64,000 bases of DNA from Escherichia coli 042 (GTDB taxonomy: Bacteria; Pseudomonadota; Gammaproteobacteria; Enterobacterales; Enterobacteriaceae): NCBI RefSeq assembly GCF_000027125.1, contig NC_017626.1; one strand, written 5' to 3'. Positions 33,418 through 46,218 of this stretch are shown here, piece by piece. Numbering within the stretch: the first letter of the stretch is position 1; every line of letters starts with the position of its first letter. The notes beneath the pieces were generated by a model, which ran no database searches, was not told where the DNA came from, and saw only the letters and a program-made list of their open reading frames with translations. The translations under genes were made by a program, and so were the position numbers.

Positions 33418-33938
33418 ATAAACGCTCCATATACAAACAATACAGCCACGAAAGAGATGAGTCGTCAGACATTAAAAATGAAACTTATTAAATTGTCAGA
33501 GGTCTGTATTGAGTGTTGGTTGGAGGTGGGAAGGTGTCAATTTGGCTAATTTGCTAATACTTTCGAAGCGATAGATTAAAAATTGCATAGTTCTTATTTT
33601 ATTTAAAAATGAACCATGAGTTATTGTTGCTTAATAAGAAAAATGTTTCTTTCAATAAGAAAATTACCATCATCATATTTAACAAAGAATAGCACTAATT
33701 GCTAAAAAAAGAAGTTTATTAAACCCCTTTTTCATCCATTAATGCCTTTAGGAATATTCGATATAAAATAAGGGTTATGCTTAATGCTTTAAGAAAAATA
33801 GCAATTTCCCCTTGAATATATTACGGGCGATGGAACGATGAATCTGCAAGCTGGCATTTAACAAACCAGCTCTAAAAGAAGGGAAATAAGAATACTCAAA
33901 AAACAGCCACGGTCATCATGATGTGGCTGTCAATGAAA

Positions 33939-35531
33939 CTATAACCCAGGCGCTTTCCATAACGACGTCGTCAGTCCATGATCAACCAGCCCCAGCTGCT
34001 CCTGATAAACTGCCTGCCACTTATCCCGTGAATCCTGATAAAGTTCATGCTTTTCCGGGTCTGGTGTGTGCGTCCGTTCCCAGCGAACCAGGCGTTCTCC
34101 GGTTTCTGCCATTGATGAAAAAATTCCGGCACCGACGCCAGCTGCAATGGCACATCCTAATGCGGTGGCTTCTTTGACCACCGGAATATTGACGGGTAAT
34201 CCCGAGACATCAGCGAGAATTTGACTCCATAATTTCCCTTTTGAACCTCCGCCTGCAAAGACTAACGATGAAGGATGAATATTCGAGAAATCAGCGATTT
34301 GTTGCAAATTACACGCTGATACAATCGCCGCATTTTCTTCCAGCGCACGGAACAACGTCGCTTTGTTACATTTATCCGGATCAATAGACAAATTAATAAA
34401 GGAAGGCGCAGCGTGATACCAGGTTTTAAAGCGCATTCTGTCGGAGAATATCGGCATTACGCCCCACGACCCAGGCGGCACCCGACTTGCCATCTCTTCC
34501 AGCAGCGTATAGGTGTCGATGCCTAAACGTTCGGCAATCAGTTTTTCTTCGGCACAGAAAGCATCGCGGAACCAGCGCATGGTGAGTCCGGTAAAAAAGC
34601 TTATAGATTCAGCTTGTACCATGCCAGGAATAACATGAGGATTAACGCGCACGTTCATTTCTGGGTCTGTCACCGGCGCGGCTAAGTTTACAACTTGCTG
34701 CCAGAATGTGCCGCCAAGAACAGCGGTTTGTGCCGGACGCACAACGCCTAACCCCAGGCAACCAAGTTGCACGTCGCCTCCTCCAACGACCACCGGAGTG
34801 CCCGCCTTCAGACCGCAGAGTTCCGCCGCTTGTGAACTTACCACGCCCAGCAATGTGCCGGTTTCTTTGACAGGAGAAAGAATATCGGCCCGCAGTCCGG
34901 CCATATCCAGCAATGCAGGTTTCCAGTCACGGGTGGTTAGGTCAAGAAGTCCCGTGGTGCCAGCGTTAGAGGGATCCACCGCCAGTTCGCCGCTGAGCAT
35001 ATAGGCCAGCCAGTCGCTGATCATGGTGATGGTCGACGCCTGTCGGTAGATATCAGAACGATGGTGCGCCAGCCAAAGTAATCTGGGAATAGCGCTTAAA
35101 GCCAGCGTTTGTCCGGTGGCGCGATAAACTTCGTTTTCAAAGGTATTGTTGTGCAGTTCTTTAAGTTCGCTAACTTCGCGCGCCGCTCTGGCATCCACAT
35201 TGGCGCAGGCCCAGATCGGTGTTCCTTCATTGTTATATAAAACAATGCCTTCGCGCATCGAACATGCCGAAACGGCAGCGATATACTCCGGGGCTATGCC
35301 GGCGTTGTGCAGCGCCTGGCGCATACACTCACACGCCAGTTGCCAGTTTTTGTTGAGATCAAATTCCATAGAACCAGGAACGTCCGGTACTGCCAGATGC
35401 CGCCACTCCGCCTGTCCCACTGCTATTTGATTGCCTTCCAGGTCGAATATCACAGCCCGAATACTTCCGGTGCCTGCATCCAGCGCCATCAGGTAGTACT
35501 TTGATTCTGAAGGGGTAAAGAGTCGAGCCAT
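33939..35531 (-). CDS. lsrK: Autoinducer-2 kinase LsrK
   Basis: 530-aa FGGY-family sugar kinase; adjacent to lsrR, divergent from lsrACDBFG. Confidence 0.92.
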   Translation of the reverse strand: MARLFTPSESKYYLMALDAGTGSIRAVIFDLEGNQIAVGQAEWRHLAVPDVPGSMEFDLNKNWQLACECMRQALHNAGIAPEYIAAVSACSMREGIVLYNNEGTPIWACANVDARAAREVSELKELHNNTFENEVYRATGQTLALSAIPRLLWLAHHRSDIYRQASTITMISDWLAYMLSGELAVDPSNAGTTGLLDLTTRDWKPALLDMAGLRADILSPVKETGTLLGVVSSQAAELCGLKAGTPVVVGGGDVQLGCLGLGVVRPAQTAVLGGTFWQQVVNLAAPVTDPEMNVRVNPHVIPGMVQAESISFFTGLTMRWFRDAFCAEEKLIAERLGIDTYTLLEEMASRVPPGSWGVMPIFSDRMRFKTWYHAAPSFINLSIDPDKCNKATLFRALEENAAIVSACNLQQIADFSNIHPSSLVFAGGGSKGKLWSQILADVSGLPVNIPVVKEATALGCAIAAGVGAGIFSSMAETGERLVRWERTHTPDPEKHELYQDSRDKWQAVYQEQLGLVDHGLTTSLWKAPGL

Positions 35532-35609
35532 TAGATTATCCTCGGCTTATGCGTTCTGTCTGTTCCTCTATACGTTCTCCATCATTCCCGGTAATAAGGT
35601 CATGCAAAT

Positions 35610-36563
35610 TTAAATACGTAAAATCGCCGCTGCTGTGTCCTGATCGGTAACCAGTGCGTTGATATAGCCGCCTTTCATTGCAGCGGCAATGGCTTCGGCT
35701 TTATTTTCTCCCCCTGCCACACCAACCCGGACGGGAATGGTCTTCAGCGCGCTTAAAGGTAAGCCAATCAGTTCGTTATGTATTTTAATATCCGTGACAA
35801 CGTCACCTTTTGCATCAAAAAAGTAGCCTAAAATGTCGCCAACCGCCCCTTTTCGACCAATCATTAACTGTTCGCCCTGGCTGATATAGCCGGAGCGAAT
35901 GATTGTTGCGTCGTCTTGTTGACTCACAGCCCCAATGCCGACAATCGCCACATCCGCTGCTTGCGCGGCTAGCAGAACGTCTTTGACGCAATTTTCATTT
36001 TTTAGCGTACGGGCAATGTCAGCGGAGGATGCCCGCAACGGAGCCGGAATAATATTCACACTGCACGCCGCGTTAAGCTGCCCGATACCCGTCATATAAG
36101 AACCGACGCCACCGGAGAGCGTGACCAGGCGAATTTGCTGTGACGAAATAAAACCACTTAAGCGTTGCAGCGTATTCATGGTTGCCTCGCCAAAACCAAT
36201 CGCCAGCATCTGTTGTGGTTGAAGTAAACTCATCAACATATGCGCCGCGCCTATCCCCAGTCGCCCGCCGACATCAGCATCCGCAAGCCCAGGGATCACC
36301 CGGACATGTTGTAGCGAAAACTGACGACGTAATTGTGTTTCATATTCCAGACAGCCTTCAAAGCGAGAATTAATCTGCACGCGAATAATGCCGGACTGAT
36401 GCCCTTTCTCCAGTAATCGCGACACTTTCAAACGGGTCAGCCCGAGACGATCGCTGATCTCGCTCTGGGTCAGCCCGTCGTGGTAGTAAAACCACGCGAT
36501 CCGCGCGACCTGTTCTTCTTCACACATTCCCTGTTCTGAAATTGCCGAATCGTTGATTGTCAT
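35610..36563 (-). CDS. lsrR: lsr operon repressor LsrR (SorC family)
   Basis: 317-aa ORF with N-terminal HTH and SorC-like sugar-phosphate-binding domain. Confidence 0.92.
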   Translation of the reverse strand: MTINDSAISEQGMCEEEQVARIAWFYYHDGLTQSEISDRLGLTRLKVSRLLEKGHQSGIIRVQINSRFEGCLEYETQLRRQFSLQHVRVIPGLADADVGGRLGIGAAHMLMSLLQPQQMLAIGFGEATMNTLQRLSGFISSQQIRLVTLSGGVGSYMTGIGQLNAACSVNIIPAPLRASSADIARTLKNENCVKDVLLAAQAADVAIVGIGAVSQQDDATIIRSGYISQGEQLMIGRKGAVGDILGYFFDAKGDVVTDIKIHNELIGLPLSALKTIPVRVGVAGGENKAEAIAAAMKGGYINALVTDQDTAAAILRI

Positions 36564-36628
36564 AATTCATTCTTCACTTTGAACATATTTAAATCTTTAA
36601 TGCAATTGTTCAGTTCTTGCGCATTTAT

Positions 36629-36650
36629 ATCTGTGATAGCAACCACAGTT
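36629..36650. promoter_or_regulatory. Candidate CRP site in the lsrR-lsrA divergent promoter region
   Basis: TGTGA-tagcaa-CCACA (36632..36647) matches the CRP consensus TGTGA-N6-TCACA at 9 of 10 positions. Confidence 0.4.
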
Positions 36651-36811
36651 TGACTCTACGAGCATGAACAAACGCAACCGTGAAAATCAAAATAGCATAA
36701 ATTGTGATCTATTCGTCGGAAATATATGCAATGCCCGCCTAAGGTTATGAACAAATTAAAAGCAAAAATACATTTGTTCAAAACTCACCTGCAAAACTGA
36801 ACGGGGGAAAT

Positions 36812-38347
36812 ATGCAAACGAGTGATACCCGCGCGTTACCGCTACTTTGCGCCCGCTCGGTTTATAAACAGTATTCAGGGGTTAATGTCCTGAAAGGCAT
36901 CGATTTTACGTTGCACCAGGGGGAGGTCCACGCCCTGCTCGGCGGCAATGGTGCCGGTATATCGACGTTAATGAAGATTATTGCCGGTATTACCCCTGCT
37001 GATAGCGGTACGCTTGAGATTGGGGGCAACAACTACACCAGATTAACGCCAGTTCATGCTCATCAGCTGGGCATTTATCTCGTTCCCCAGGAACCGCTGC
37101 TTTTTCCAAGCCTGTCGATAAAAGAAAACATCCTGTTTGGTCTGGCAAAAAAACAACTCTCCATACAGAAAATGAATAACTTGCTGGTGGCGCTGGGCTG
37201 CCAGTTTGATCTGCATAGTCTGGCAGGATCGCTGGATGTCGCCGATCGCCAAATGGTGGAAATCCTCCGTGGGCTGATGCGCGACTCGCAGATTCTGATC
37301 CTCGATGAACCTACCGCCTCGCTTACCCCTGCGGAAACCGAACGCTTGTTTAGTCGCTTGCGGGAGCTGCTTGCTACTGGCGTGGGTATTGTTTTTATCT
37401 CGCATAAGCTGCCGGAAATTCGCCAGATTGCCGATCGGATTAGCGTGATGCGCGACGGAACTATCGCCTTAAGCGGCAAAACCATCGAACTGTCTACCGA
37501 CGACATTATTCAGGCCATCACGCCAGCGCTACGGGAAAAATCGCTCTCTGCCAGCCAAAAATTATGGCTGGAGTTACCTGGCAACCGCCCACAACATGCC
37601 GCCGGAACGCCGGTGCTGACACTGGAAAACCTGACCGGCGAAGGTTTTATGAATGTCAGCCTGACGCTTAATGCCGGAGAAATTCTGGGGCTGGCTGGGC
37701 TGGTGGGGGCCGGACGCACAGAACTGGCCGAGACGCTCTATGGTCTGCGTACTTTGCGTGGCGGACGCATTATGCTGAATGGTAAAGAGATCAATAAATT
37801 ATCCACTGGAGAACGTTTACTGCGCGGTCTGGTTTATCTGCCGGAAGATCGCCAGTCATCCGGACTGAATCTCGATGCTTCGCTGGCCTGGAATGTCTGC
37901 GCCCTTACTCATAACCTTCGTGGATTCTGGGCGAAAACCGCGAAAGATAACGCCACACTGGAACGTTATCGTCGGGCGCTGAATATTAAATTTAACCAAC
38001 CGGAACAAGCTGCGCGGACCTTATCCGGCGGCAACCAGCAAAAAATCCTGATTGCCAAATGTCTGGAAGCCTCGCCGCAAGTATTGATTGTCGATGAGCC
38101 GACGCGCGGCGTGGATGTCTCAGCCCGTAATGATATCTACCAGCTGTTGCGCAGCATCGCCGCACAGAATGTGGCAGTGCTGCTTATCTCCTCTGATCTG
38201 GAAGAGATCGAACTGATGGCAGATCGCGTATATGTGATGCATCAGGGCGAAATTGCCCACTCTGCACTGACCGGACGCGATATTAATGTCGAGACCATTA
38301 TGCGCGTTGCCTTCGGCGATAGTCAGCGTCAGGAGGCGTCATGCTGA
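36812..38347 (+). CDS. lsrA: AI-2 ABC transporter ATP-binding protein LsrA
   Basis: 511 aa with two ABC domains (Walker [10 protein letters not shown], signature LSGGNQQK). Confidence 0.92.
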   Translation: MQTSDTRALPLLCARSVYKQYSGVNVLKGIDFTLHQGEVHALLGGNGAGISTLMKIIAGITPADSGTLEIGGNNYTRLTPVHAHQLGIYLVPQEPLLFPSLSIKENILFGLAKKQLSIQKMNNLLVALGCQFDLHSLAGSLDVADRQMVEILRGLMRDSQILILDEPTASLTPAETERLFSRLRELLATGVGIVFISHKLPEIRQIADRISVMRDGTIALSGKTIELSTDDIIQAITPALREKSLSASQKLWLELPGNRPQHAAGTPVLTLENLTGEGFMNVSLTLNAGEILGLAGLVGAGRTELAETLYGLRTLRGGRIMLNGKEINKLSTGERLLRGLVYLPEDRQSSGLNLDASLAWNVCALTHNLRGFWAKTAKDNATLERYRRALNIKFNQPEQAARTLSGGNQQKILIAKCLEASPQVLIVDEPTRGVDVSARNDIYQLLRSIAAQNVAVLLISSDLEEIELMADRVYVMHQGEIAHSALTGRDINVETIMRVAFGDSQRQEASC

Positions 38348-39369
38348 AATTTATTCAGAACAACCGTGAAATCACGGCACTGCTGGCGGTGGTGCTGCTG
38401 TTTGTATTACCCGGTTTTCTCGACCGCCAGTATTTAAGTGTGCAAACGCTGACCATGGTTTATAGCAGCGCGCAAATCCTGATCCTGCTGGCAATGGGCG
38501 CGACGCTGGTAATGCTTACGCGCAATATTGATGTATCAGTGGGTTCGATTACCGGAATGTGCGCGGTGCTGTTGGGGATGTTACTGAACGCAGGATATTC
38601 ACTACCTGTTGCCTGTGTCGCGACTTTACTGCTTGGTTTGCTCGCGGGATTTTTCAACGGTGTCCTGGTCGCGTGGCTAAAGATCCCTGCCATTGTTGCC
38701 ACCCTTGGCACGTTAGGGTTGTACAGAGGCATCATGTTGCTGTGGACTGGCGGCAAATGGATTGAAGGGTTACCCGCCGAACTGAAACAGCTCTCCGCAC
38801 CGCTGCTGTTTGGCGTTTCCGCGATTGGTTGGTTGACGATAATTCTGGTGGCATTTATGGCCTGGCTGCTGGCAAAGACGGCGTTTGGACGCAGTTTTTA
38901 TGTCACGGGCGATAATTTACAGGGCGCTCGTCAACTGGGCGTTCGTACGGAAGCCATTCGCATTGTGGCATTTTCGTTGAACGGCTGCATGGCGGCACTG
39001 GCGGGAATTGTGTTTGCTTCGCAGATTGGTTTTATCCCCAACCAGACCGGTACCGGGCTGGAGATGAAAGCAATTGCAGCCTGCGTGCTGGGCGGCATTA
39101 GTTTGCTCGGCGGTTCCGGCGCGATCATCGGTGCGGTATTAGGCGCATGGTTCCTGACGCAGATCGATAGCGTACTGGTGCTGTTGCGCATTCCGGCATG
39201 GTGGAACGATTTTATCGCGGGCCTCGTGCTGCTGGCGGTGCTGGTGTTTGATGGACGCCTGCGTTGTGCGCTGGAACGTAATCTGCGGCGGCAAAAATAT
39301 GCCCGCTTTATGATGCCACCGCCATCCGTTAAACCCGCTTCGTTAGGTAAAAAACGGGAGGCCGCATAA
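38341..39369 (+). CDS. lsrC: AI-2 ABC transporter permease LsrC
   Basis: 342-aa polytopic permease; 7-nt overlap with lsrA. Confidence 0.92.
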   Translation: MLKFIQNNREITALLAVVLLFVLPGFLDRQYLSVQTLTMVYSSAQILILLAMGATLVMLTRNIDVSVGSITGMCAVLLGMLLNAGYSLPVACVATLLLGLLAGFFNGVLVAWLKIPAIVATLGTLGLYRGIMLLWTGGKWIEGLPAELKQLSAPLLFGVSAIGWLTIILVAFMAWLLAKTAFGRSFYVTGDNLQGARQLGVRTEAIRIVAFSLNGCMAALAGIVFASQIGFIPNQTGTGLEMKAIAACVLGGISLLGGSGAIIGAVLGAWFLTQIDSVLVLLRIPAWWNDFIAGLVLLAVLVFDGRLRCALERNLRRQKYARFMMPPPSVKPASLGKKREAA

Positions 39370-40361
39370 TGCGTATTCGCTACGGTTGGGAACTGGCTCT
39401 TGCCGCACTGCTCGTTATTGAGATTGTCGCATTTGGTGCAATTAACCCGCGGATGTTAGATCTCAATATGTTGCTGTTCAGCACCAGTGACTTTATCTGC
39501 ATTGGCATTGTCGCCCTACCGCTGACGATGGTGATTGTCAGTGGCGGGATCGATATTTCGTTTGGTTCGACCATCGGCCTCTGCGCCATTGCATTGGGCG
39601 TACTGTTTCAAAGTGGTGTGCCGATGCCGCTGGCGATTCTCCTGACCTTACTGCTCGGCGCATTGTGCGGGCTGATCAACGCCGGATTAATTATCTATAC
39701 CAAAGTTAACCCGCTGGTGATTACGCTTGGCACGCTGTATCTGTTTGCCGGAAGCGCCCTGCTGCTTTCCGGGATGGCCGGAGCGACGGGGTACGAAGGT
39801 ATTGGTGGATTCCCGATGGCGTTTACAGATTTCGCTAACCTGGATGTGCTGGGACTCCCTGTTCCGCTGATTATCTTCCTGATATGTCTCCTCGTTTTCT
39901 GGCTCTGGCTGCATAAAACCCATGCCGGACGTAACGTGTTTTTAATTGGGCAAAGCCCGCGTGTGGCGGTTTATAGCGCGATTCCAGTTAACCGCACCTT
40001 GTGTGCGCTCTATGCCATGACGGGGCTGGCGTCTGCGGTCGCCGCTGTGCTGCTGGTATCGTATTTTGGTTCAGCACGTTCCGATCTCGGTGCGTCGTTT
40101 CTGATGCCCGCCATCACCGCCGTAGTGCTCGGCGGTGCCAATATTTATGGTGGTTCTGGTTCCATTATCGGCACCGCCATTGCGGTTTTATTAGTGGGAT
40201 ATTTGCAACAAGGTTTGCAAATGGCAGGAGTGCCAAATCAGGTGTCCAGCGCCCTTTCCGGTGCGCTACTTATCGTCGTTGTCGTAGGTCGTTCCGTTAG
40301 CCTGCATCGCCAGCAAATTAAAGAGTGGCTGGCGCGTCGGGCCAATAACCCATTGCCATAA
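39369..40361 (+). CDS. lsrD: AI-2 ABC transporter permease LsrD
   Basis: 330-aa polytopic permease; start overlaps the lsrC stop. Confidence 0.92.
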   Translation: MRIRYGWELALAALLVIEIVAFGAINPRMLDLNMLLFSTSDFICIGIVALPLTMVIVSGGIDISFGSTIGLCAIALGVLFQSGVPMPLAILLTLLLGALCGLINAGLIIYTKVNPLVITLGTLYLFAGSALLLSGMAGATGYEGIGGFPMAFTDFANLDVLGLPVPLIIFLICLLVFWLWLHKTHAGRNVFLIGQSPRVAVYSAIPVNRTLCALYAMTGLASAVAAVLLVSYFGSARSDLGASFLMPAITAVVLGGANIYGGSGSIIGTAIAVLLVGYLQQGLQMAGVPNQVSSALSGALLIVVVVGRSVSLHRQQIKEWLARRANNPLP

Positions 40362-40372
40362 AGGATATCTTC

Positions 40373-41395
40373 ATGACACTTCATCGCTTTAAGAAAATCG
40401 CCTTACTTAGCGCGCTTGGCATTGCCGTAATCTCTATGAATGTGCAGGCGGCAGAGCGTATTGCATTTATTCCCAAACTGGTTGGCGTAGGATTTTTTAC
40501 CAGCGGTGGCAACGGCGCACAACAAGCGGGTAAAGAGCTGGGCGTTGATGTGACCTACGACGGGCCGACAGAACCCAGTGTTTCTGGTCAGGTACAGTTG
40601 ATTAATAACTTCGTCAATCAGGGGTATAACGCCATTATCGTTTCTGCGGTTTCGCCTGATGGCTTGTGTCCGGCACTGAAACGCGCCATGCAACGTGGTG
40701 TGAGAGTGCTGACCTGGGACTCTGATACCAAACCGGAGTGCCGCTCTTACTACATTAATCAGGGAACGCCCGCCCAGTTGGGAGGTATGTTGGTGGATAT
40801 GGCGGCGCGTCAGGTGAATAAAGACAAAGCCAAAGTCGCGTTTTTCTACTCAAGCCCCACCGTTACGGACCAAAACCAGTGGGTGAAAGAAGCGAAAGCG
40901 AAAATCGCCAAAGAGCATCCTGGCTGGGAAATTGTCACTACGCAGTTTGGCTATAACGATGCCACTAAATCGTTACAAACCGCAGAAGGAATATTAAAAG
41001 CGTATAGCGATCTCGACGCCATTATCGCCCCCGATGCCAACGCCCTGCCCGCTGCCGCACAAGCCGCAGAAAACCTGAAAAATGACAAAGTTGCGATTGT
41101 CGGATTCAGTACGCCAAATGTGATGCGCCCGTATGTAGAGCGCGGCACGGTGAAAGAATTTGGCCTGTGGGATGTGGTTCAGCAAGGCAAAATTTCAGTT
41201 TATGTCGCGGATGCATTATTGAAAAAAGGATCAATGAAAACGGGCGACAAGCTGGATATTCAGGGCGTAGGTCAGGTGGAAGTCTCGCCAAACAGCGTTC
41301 AGGGCTATGACTACGAAGCGGATGGTAATGGCATCGTACTGTTACCGGAGCGCGTGATATTCAACAAAGAGAATATCGGCAAATACGATTTCTGA
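40373..41395 (+). CDS. lsrB: AI-2 periplasmic binding protein LsrB
   Basis: 340 aa with signal peptide, periplasmic sugar-binding fold. Confidence 0.92.
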   Translation: MTLHRFKKIALLSALGIAVISMNVQAAERIAFIPKLVGVGFFTSGGNGAQQAGKELGVDVTYDGPTEPSVSGQVQLINNFVNQGYNAIIVSAVSPDGLCPALKRAMQRGVRVLTWDSDTKPECRSYYINQGTPAQLGGMLVDMAARQVNKDKAKVAFFYSSPTVTDQNQWVKEAKAKIAKEHPGWEIVTTQFGYNDATKSLQTAEGILKAYSDLDAIIAPDANALPAAAQAAENLKNDKVAIVGFSTPNVMRPYVERGTVKEFGLWDVVQQGKISVYVADALLKKGSMKTGDKLDIQGVGQVEVSPNSVQGYDYEADGNGIVLLPERVIFNKENIGKYDF

Positions 41396-41421
41396 TGTGC
41401 ATTACTTAACCGGAGTACGTT

Positions 41422-42297
41422 ATGGCAGATTTAGACGATATTAAAGATGGTAAAGATTTTCGTACCGATCAACCGCAACAAAATATCCCTTTTACCCTGA
41501 AAGGTTGCGGTGCACTGGATTGGGGAATGCAGTCACGCTTATCGCGGATATTTAATCCGAAAACGGGTAAAACCGTGATGCTGGCCTTTGATCATGGTTA
41601 TTTTCAGGGGCCGACTACCGGACTTGAACGCATTGATATAAATATCGCCCCGCTGTTTGAACATGCCGATGTATTAATGTGTACGCGCGGCATTTTGCGC
41701 AGCGTAGTCCCCCCGGCGACCAATAAGCCGGTGGTACTACGGGCGTCAGGTGCAAACTCTATTCTGGCGGAATTAAGTAATGAAGCCGTGGCGTTATCGA
41801 TGGATGATGCCGTGCGCCTGAACAGTTGCGCGGTGGCGGCGCAGGTTTATATCGGCAGCGAATATGAACATCAGTCGATCAAAAATATTATTCAGCTGGT
41901 CGATGCCGGAATGAAAGTGGGAATGCCGACCATGGCCGTGACAGGCGTGGGCAAAGATATGGTGCGCGATCAGCGCTATTTCTCGCTCGCGACTCGAATC
42001 GCCGCTGAAATGGGGGCGCAAATTATCAAAACCTATTATGTCGATAAAGGTTTTGAACGGATTGTTGCCGGATGTCCGGTACCCATTGTTATTGCTGGCG
42101 GTAAAAAGTTACCGGAGCGCGAAGCGCTGGAAATGTGCTGGCAGGCTATCGATCAGGGCGCTTCTGGTGTGGATATGGGGCGTAATATTTTCCAGTCTGA
42201 ACATCCGGTGGCGATGATGAAAGCCGTACAGGCGGTGGTACACCATAACGAAACGGCTGATCGGGCATATGAACTCTATCTGAGTGAAAAACAGTAA
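41422..42297 (+). CDS. lsrF: 3-hydroxy-5-phosphonooxypentane-2,4-dione thiolase LsrF (aldolase fold)
   Basis: 291-aa ORF in the lsr operon. Confidence 0.9.
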   Translation: MADLDDIKDGKDFRTDQPQQNIPFTLKGCGALDWGMQSRLSRIFNPKTGKTVMLAFDHGYFQGPTTGLERIDINIAPLFEHADVLMCTRGILRSVVPPATNKPVVLRASGANSILAELSNEAVALSMDDAVRLNSCAVAAQVYIGSEYEHQSIKNIIQLVDAGMKVGMPTMAVTGVGKDMVRDQRYFSLATRIAAEMGAQIIKTYYVDKGFERIVAGCPVPIVIAGGKKLPEREALEMCWQAIDQGASGVDMGRNIFQSEHPVAMMKAVQAVVHHNETADRAYELYLSEKQ

Positions 42298-42320
42298 CTG
42301 CGGATTTAAGGAGAAGAATT

Positions 42321-42611
42321 ATGCACGTCACACTGGTTGAAATTAACGTTCATGAAGACAAAGTTGACGAGTTTATCGAGGTCTTTCGCCAGAACCACCT
42401 GGGCTCGGTACAGGAAGAAGGCAATTTGCGCTTCGATGTCTTACAGGACCCTGAAGTGAATTCGCGCTTTTATATCTACGAAGCCTATAAAGATGAAGAC
42501 GCAGTGGCATTCCATAAAACCACGCCCCATTACAAAACCTGTGTCGCGAAACTGGAATCTTTAATGACCGGGCCGCGTAAAAAACGTCTGTTCAATGGGT
42601 TGATGCCGTGA
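42321..42611 (+). CDS. lsrG: Phospho-AI-2 isomerase LsrG
   Basis: 96-aa ORF, last gene of the lsr operon. Confidence 0.9.
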   Translation: MHVTLVEINVHEDKVDEFIEVFRQNHLGSVQEEGNLRFDVLQDPEVNSRFYIYEAYKDEDAVAFHKTTPHYKTCVAKLESLMTGPRKKRLFNGLMP

Positions 42612-42667
42612 GGCGAATTTATCAGTTTTATCTACACTAGGGGTAACGCGCTGACGGGAGTAAATAA

Positions 42668-43426
42668 ATGTCTGACTGGAACCCCTCTTTATATCTGCAC
42701 TTTGCCGCTGAACGATCGCGTCCGGCGGTGGAGCTGCTTGCCAGAGTGCCGCTGGAGAATATCAAATACGTTGCCGATCTTGGCTGTGGCCCAGGTATCA
42801 GCACCGCCCTGCTGCATCAACGTTGGCCTGCGGCCAGGATAACAGGCATCGACTCGTCTCCGGCGATGATTGCCGAAGCGCGCAGTGCTTTGCCAGACTG
42901 CCAGTTTGTGGAAGCAGATATCCGCAACTGGCAACCGGAACAGACACTGGATCTGATTTTCGCTAATGCCTCACTGCAATGGCTGCCCGACCACTACGAA
43001 TTGTTCCCTCATCTGGTTTCTTTACTTAATTCGCATGGTGTGTTGGCAGTACAGATGCCAGATAACTGGCTAGAGCCAACCCATGTGCTCATGCGCGAAG
43101 TCGCCTGGGAACAAAATTATCCGGATCGCGGGCGTGAGCCGCTGGCTGGCGTTCATGCTTACTACGATATTTTGAGCGAAGCCGGATGTGAGGTCGATAT
43201 CTGGCGAACCACCTACTATCACCAGATGCCGTCGCACCAGGCGATTATCGATTGGGTGACCGCCACTGGATTACGTCCGTGGTTACAGGATCTGACCGAG
43301 AGCGAACAGCAGCATTTTCTTACGCGCTACCATCAGATGCTGGAAGAGCAGTATCCACTGCAAGAGAACGGACAGATACTGCTGGCATTTCCGCGTCTGT
43401 TTATTGTTGCCCGGCGTACGGAGTAA
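42668..43426 (+). CDS. tam: Trans-aconitate 2-methyltransferase
   Basis: 252 aa with SAM-binding motif (VADLGCGPG). Confidence 0.9.
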   Translation: MSDWNPSLYLHFAAERSRPAVELLARVPLENIKYVADLGCGPGISTALLHQRWPAARITGIDSSPAMIAEARSALPDCQFVEADIRNWQPEQTLDLIFANASLQWLPDHYELFPHLVSLLNSHGVLAVQMPDNWLEPTHVLMREVAWEQNYPDRGREPLAGVHAYYDILSEAGCEVDIWRTTYYHQMPSHQAIIDWVTATGLRPWLQDLTESEQQHFLTRYHQMLEEQYPLQENGQILLAFPRLFIVARRTE

Positions 43427-43429
43427 ATA

Positions 43430-44344
43430 TTACCTCAGCTGGTAATGACGATCGGGAAGAATTTTTGCCGGAATTTCTGCTTCATCGTTCATCTGTAACA
43501 GGTCAATTTCAATAGCGTTGCAGATAGCATCCAGCGGTAAATCATTGTTTTCAGTACCGAAGGGATCTTCCAGTTCTTCCGCCAGACAATCCAGCGAAAT
43601 AAAAGTGTAGGAAATCAGCACAGAGATAAAAGGCGTCATGTAATGCAGATCCACGACCAGCGCGAACGGCAGCATGATACAAAACAGATAAACGGTACGA
43701 TGCAAAATCAGGGTGTAGGCAAAGGGAATTGGCGTATAGGCAATGCGCTCGCAGCCTGCCAGAACCGCTGAAATATCATTAAGCCGATCGTTGAGGCTAA
43801 TAAACAGGATATCTGAAAGCTGTCCATTGCGTCGCTGAACCGCCAACCACTCCCCCATTATCAACAAAATACGGTTAGCTGGAGTGTTTGAAGCCAGTAC
43901 ACGCTGAAGATCTTCAGTCTTGAGATAATGTGCCAGCACTTCCGCCTGTGGTTGTTTGCGTAATGTCATGCGTAAACAGTGGGCGAAGGCGATTTGCAGC
44001 CGGGCAAACTCCCTTACACTTGCCGAATCCGGCAATGTCGTTTTTACCTCGCGCAGTAACGACCGTGAGGCAATCATCAACTGCCCCCAAAGTTTTCGCG
44101 CTTCAACGTAACGGGCGTACCCGGCATTATTACGAAAACCAAGAAAAATGGCGATGGCGACACCGAGAATGCTGAAAGGTGCGAGGGTGAATTTAATGCC
44201 CAAATGCGTGTACCAGGGCAGCATGAAAATAACAGCGATAGAAAAGAGAAAATTGAGTAGTAAGCGCGAGGATATCTTGGATAATACTGAACCGTGCCAG
44301 ACAAAAATACGGCGCAGCCAGTGTTGTTGTGGACGAACAATCAT
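43430..44344 (-). CDS. yneE: Bestrophin-family membrane protein YneE
   Basis: Start taken at MIVRPQQHW (304 aa); convergent with tam. Confidence 0.82.
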   Translation of the reverse strand: MIVRPQQHWLRRIFVWHGSVLSKISSRLLLNFLFSIAVIFMLPWYTHLGIKFTLAPFSILGVAIAIFLGFRNNAGYARYVEARKLWGQLMIASRSLLREVKTTLPDSASVREFARLQIAFAHCLRMTLRKQPQAEVLAHYLKTEDLQRVLASNTPANRILLIMGEWLAVQRRNGQLSDILFISLNDRLNDISAVLAGCERIAYTPIPFAYTLILHRTVYLFCIMLPFALVVDLHYMTPFISVLISYTFISLDCLAEELEDPFGTENNDLPLDAICNAIEIDLLQMNDEAEIPAKILPDRHYQLR

Positions 44345-44504
44345 GGTTATCTTCAGGCGTGGAAAAGTCGCCCTATTAAACGTGATTACGATCACATTCT
44401 CAAGACGCTACGTACAAATTACCTACAAGCTTACAACATTTACAGGTGTGGCATATGGCACCCGTTAATGATAAAGGCACATAGGATGTTGTAACTAATA
44501 TAGT

Positions 44505-44532
44505 GAAATAAGAAACCCGGTCGAAACCGGGT
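44505..44532 (-). terminator. Intrinsic terminator downstream of uxaB
   Basis: Hairpin aacccgg-tcgaa-accgggtt (44513..44532) followed on the minus strand by a T-rich tract; 9 to 30 nt past the uxaB stop. Confidence 0.6.
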
Positions 44533-44540
44533 TCAGAGTA

Positions 44541-45992
44541 TTAGCACAACGGACGTACAGCTTCGCGCATTCCTTTTTCGAGAATCACATCCAGGTCATT
44601 AGCCACCTGCTCGACCAGACCAGGCACTTGCGTCAGGTCCTGCTCCCAGTGGTCTTTTTCTGCCAACACAATCGCTACCAGTTCCTGGGTACCGATAACA
44701 CGGTCACGATGCTGGCTCCAGAGTTGCTGATAACGTTCCAGCCAGTGTGCATCGTCCTGTACCGGATATGTTTCTCCATTACGCTCACCGCGATAAAACG
44801 CAATCAATGCCGCTAATGCGAAAGTCAGGCGCGCCGGAAGTGTGCCGTTTGCCTTCTGCCCTGCCAGCAGCTGCGGCAGGATACGGGTGCGGAACTTGGT
44901 CATACCGTTAAGCGCGATAGACAGCAGCTGATGCTTGATGTACGGATTACGGAAACGTCCGGTGACTGCACTGGCGAAAGATTCCAGTTCATCACGAGGC
45001 AAATCCAGTACCGGAATAATCTCTTCGTAGATGGCTTTTTCAACGAATGCACAAATTTCAGCATCGTTCATCGCTTCACCTACAGTATCCAGCCCTGCCT
45101 GGAACGCCACCGGCACCAGCGCCGTGTGTGCACCGTTGAGGATTGCCACTTTGCGCTCTTTATACGGTTTAATATCGTCAACAATCAGCACGTTGAGCGG
45201 ATATTTGTCCAGACGCAGCTCAGTCGCTAAGGATTTCGGCCCCTGAATCACAAACAGGTAAAAGTGTTCAGCGGTGTCGAGGAAACCATCGTGATAACCC
45301 AGTTCTTCTTCCAGTTTAGCCACTTCATCACGCGGATAGCCGGTAACGATACGGTCCACCAGCGTAGAACAGAAGCTGTTAGCCTGATCCAGCCATTGAA
45401 TAAATGCTTCTGGTAGTGCCCACTCTTGCGCGTAGCGCAGCACCAGTTCACGCAGTGCATCGCCGTTATAGTCGATCAGTTCACATGGGATGATGATCCA
45501 ACCTTTATCCTGCGCTCCGTTGAAATGGCTAAAACGTTCGAACAGCAGACGGGTCAGTTTTGCCGGATAACTTACCGCTGGCGCGTCATCGAATTTATCG
45601 CCCGCATGGTAGCTGATACCCGCTTCGGTGGTGTTAGAGAAAACAAAGCGCATTTCCGGGTTGTGCGCCAGTTTCAGGAATTCATCGTATTCACTGTAGA
45701 CGCTGATTTCACGATTAACAGAGCGAATCAGACGCGCGTCGCTGACCGCTTCCCCCTTCTCGTTCAGACCACGGATAATGGTGGTGTACAGACCATCCTG
45801 CGTGCTCAGTGACGGCGGGAATGAAGTTTCAATCGGACGAACAACGACCACGCCAGAATTCAGATCGGTGTGCTCATTCAGGAGATCGATTTGCCAGTCA
45901 ACAAAGGCGCGCAGGAAGTTACCTTCACCAAACTGAATGATACGTTCTGGATACTTTGCACCGGGAAAATCGCGACGATTTAGTGTTTTCAC
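44541..45992 (-). CDS. uxaB: Altronate oxidoreductase (tagaturonate reductase)
   Basis: 483-aa ORF, mannitol-dehydrogenase family. Confidence 0.9.
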   Translation of the reverse strand: MKTLNRRDFPGAKYPERIIQFGEGNFLRAFVDWQIDLLNEHTDLNSGVVVVRPIETSFPPSLSTQDGLYTTIIRGLNEKGEAVSDARLIRSVNREISVYSEYDEFLKLAHNPEMRFVFSNTTEAGISYHAGDKFDDAPAVSYPAKLTRLLFERFSHFNGAQDKGWIIIPCELIDYNGDALRELVLRYAQEWALPEAFIQWLDQANSFCSTLVDRIVTGYPRDEVAKLEEELGYHDGFLDTAEHFYLFVIQGPKSLATELRLDKYPLNVLIVDDIKPYKERKVAILNGAHTALVPVAFQAGLDTVGEAMNDAEICAFVEKAIYEEIIPVLDLPRDELESFASAVTGRFRNPYIKHQLLSIALNGMTKFRTRILPQLLAGQKANGTLPARLTFALAALIAFYRGERNGETYPVQDDAHWLERYQQLWSQHRDRVIGTQELVAIVLAEKDHWEQDLTQVPGLVEQVANDLDVILEKGMREAVRPLC

Positions 45993-46218
45993 AATGGGTT
46001 CCCTTCTGATTAGTCATACAACCTGTTTGAATTGGTACGACAGGTTAGCAAACTTTAATACGCCGAACCCCTTTTTTGATCAACTCCTGATGATTAATGA
46101 GCAGTTTTATGAGAAAAGTGTGGCGCGGATCATGGTTTAATCGAGGAAACAGGCCTTTTCTTGGATCATAAAGTGGTAGAACACATTGCATTTAAATCGC
46201 TCTGAGTAAATAAAGATG

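Noticed and set aside
33418-33938. 521-bp AT-rich gap between the autotransporter start and lsrK, considered as a possible insertion or small-gene site
   Set aside because: No ORF of 60 aa or more, no inverted terminal repeats or transposase remnant; most simply the autotransporter promoter region plus the lsrK 3' UTR.
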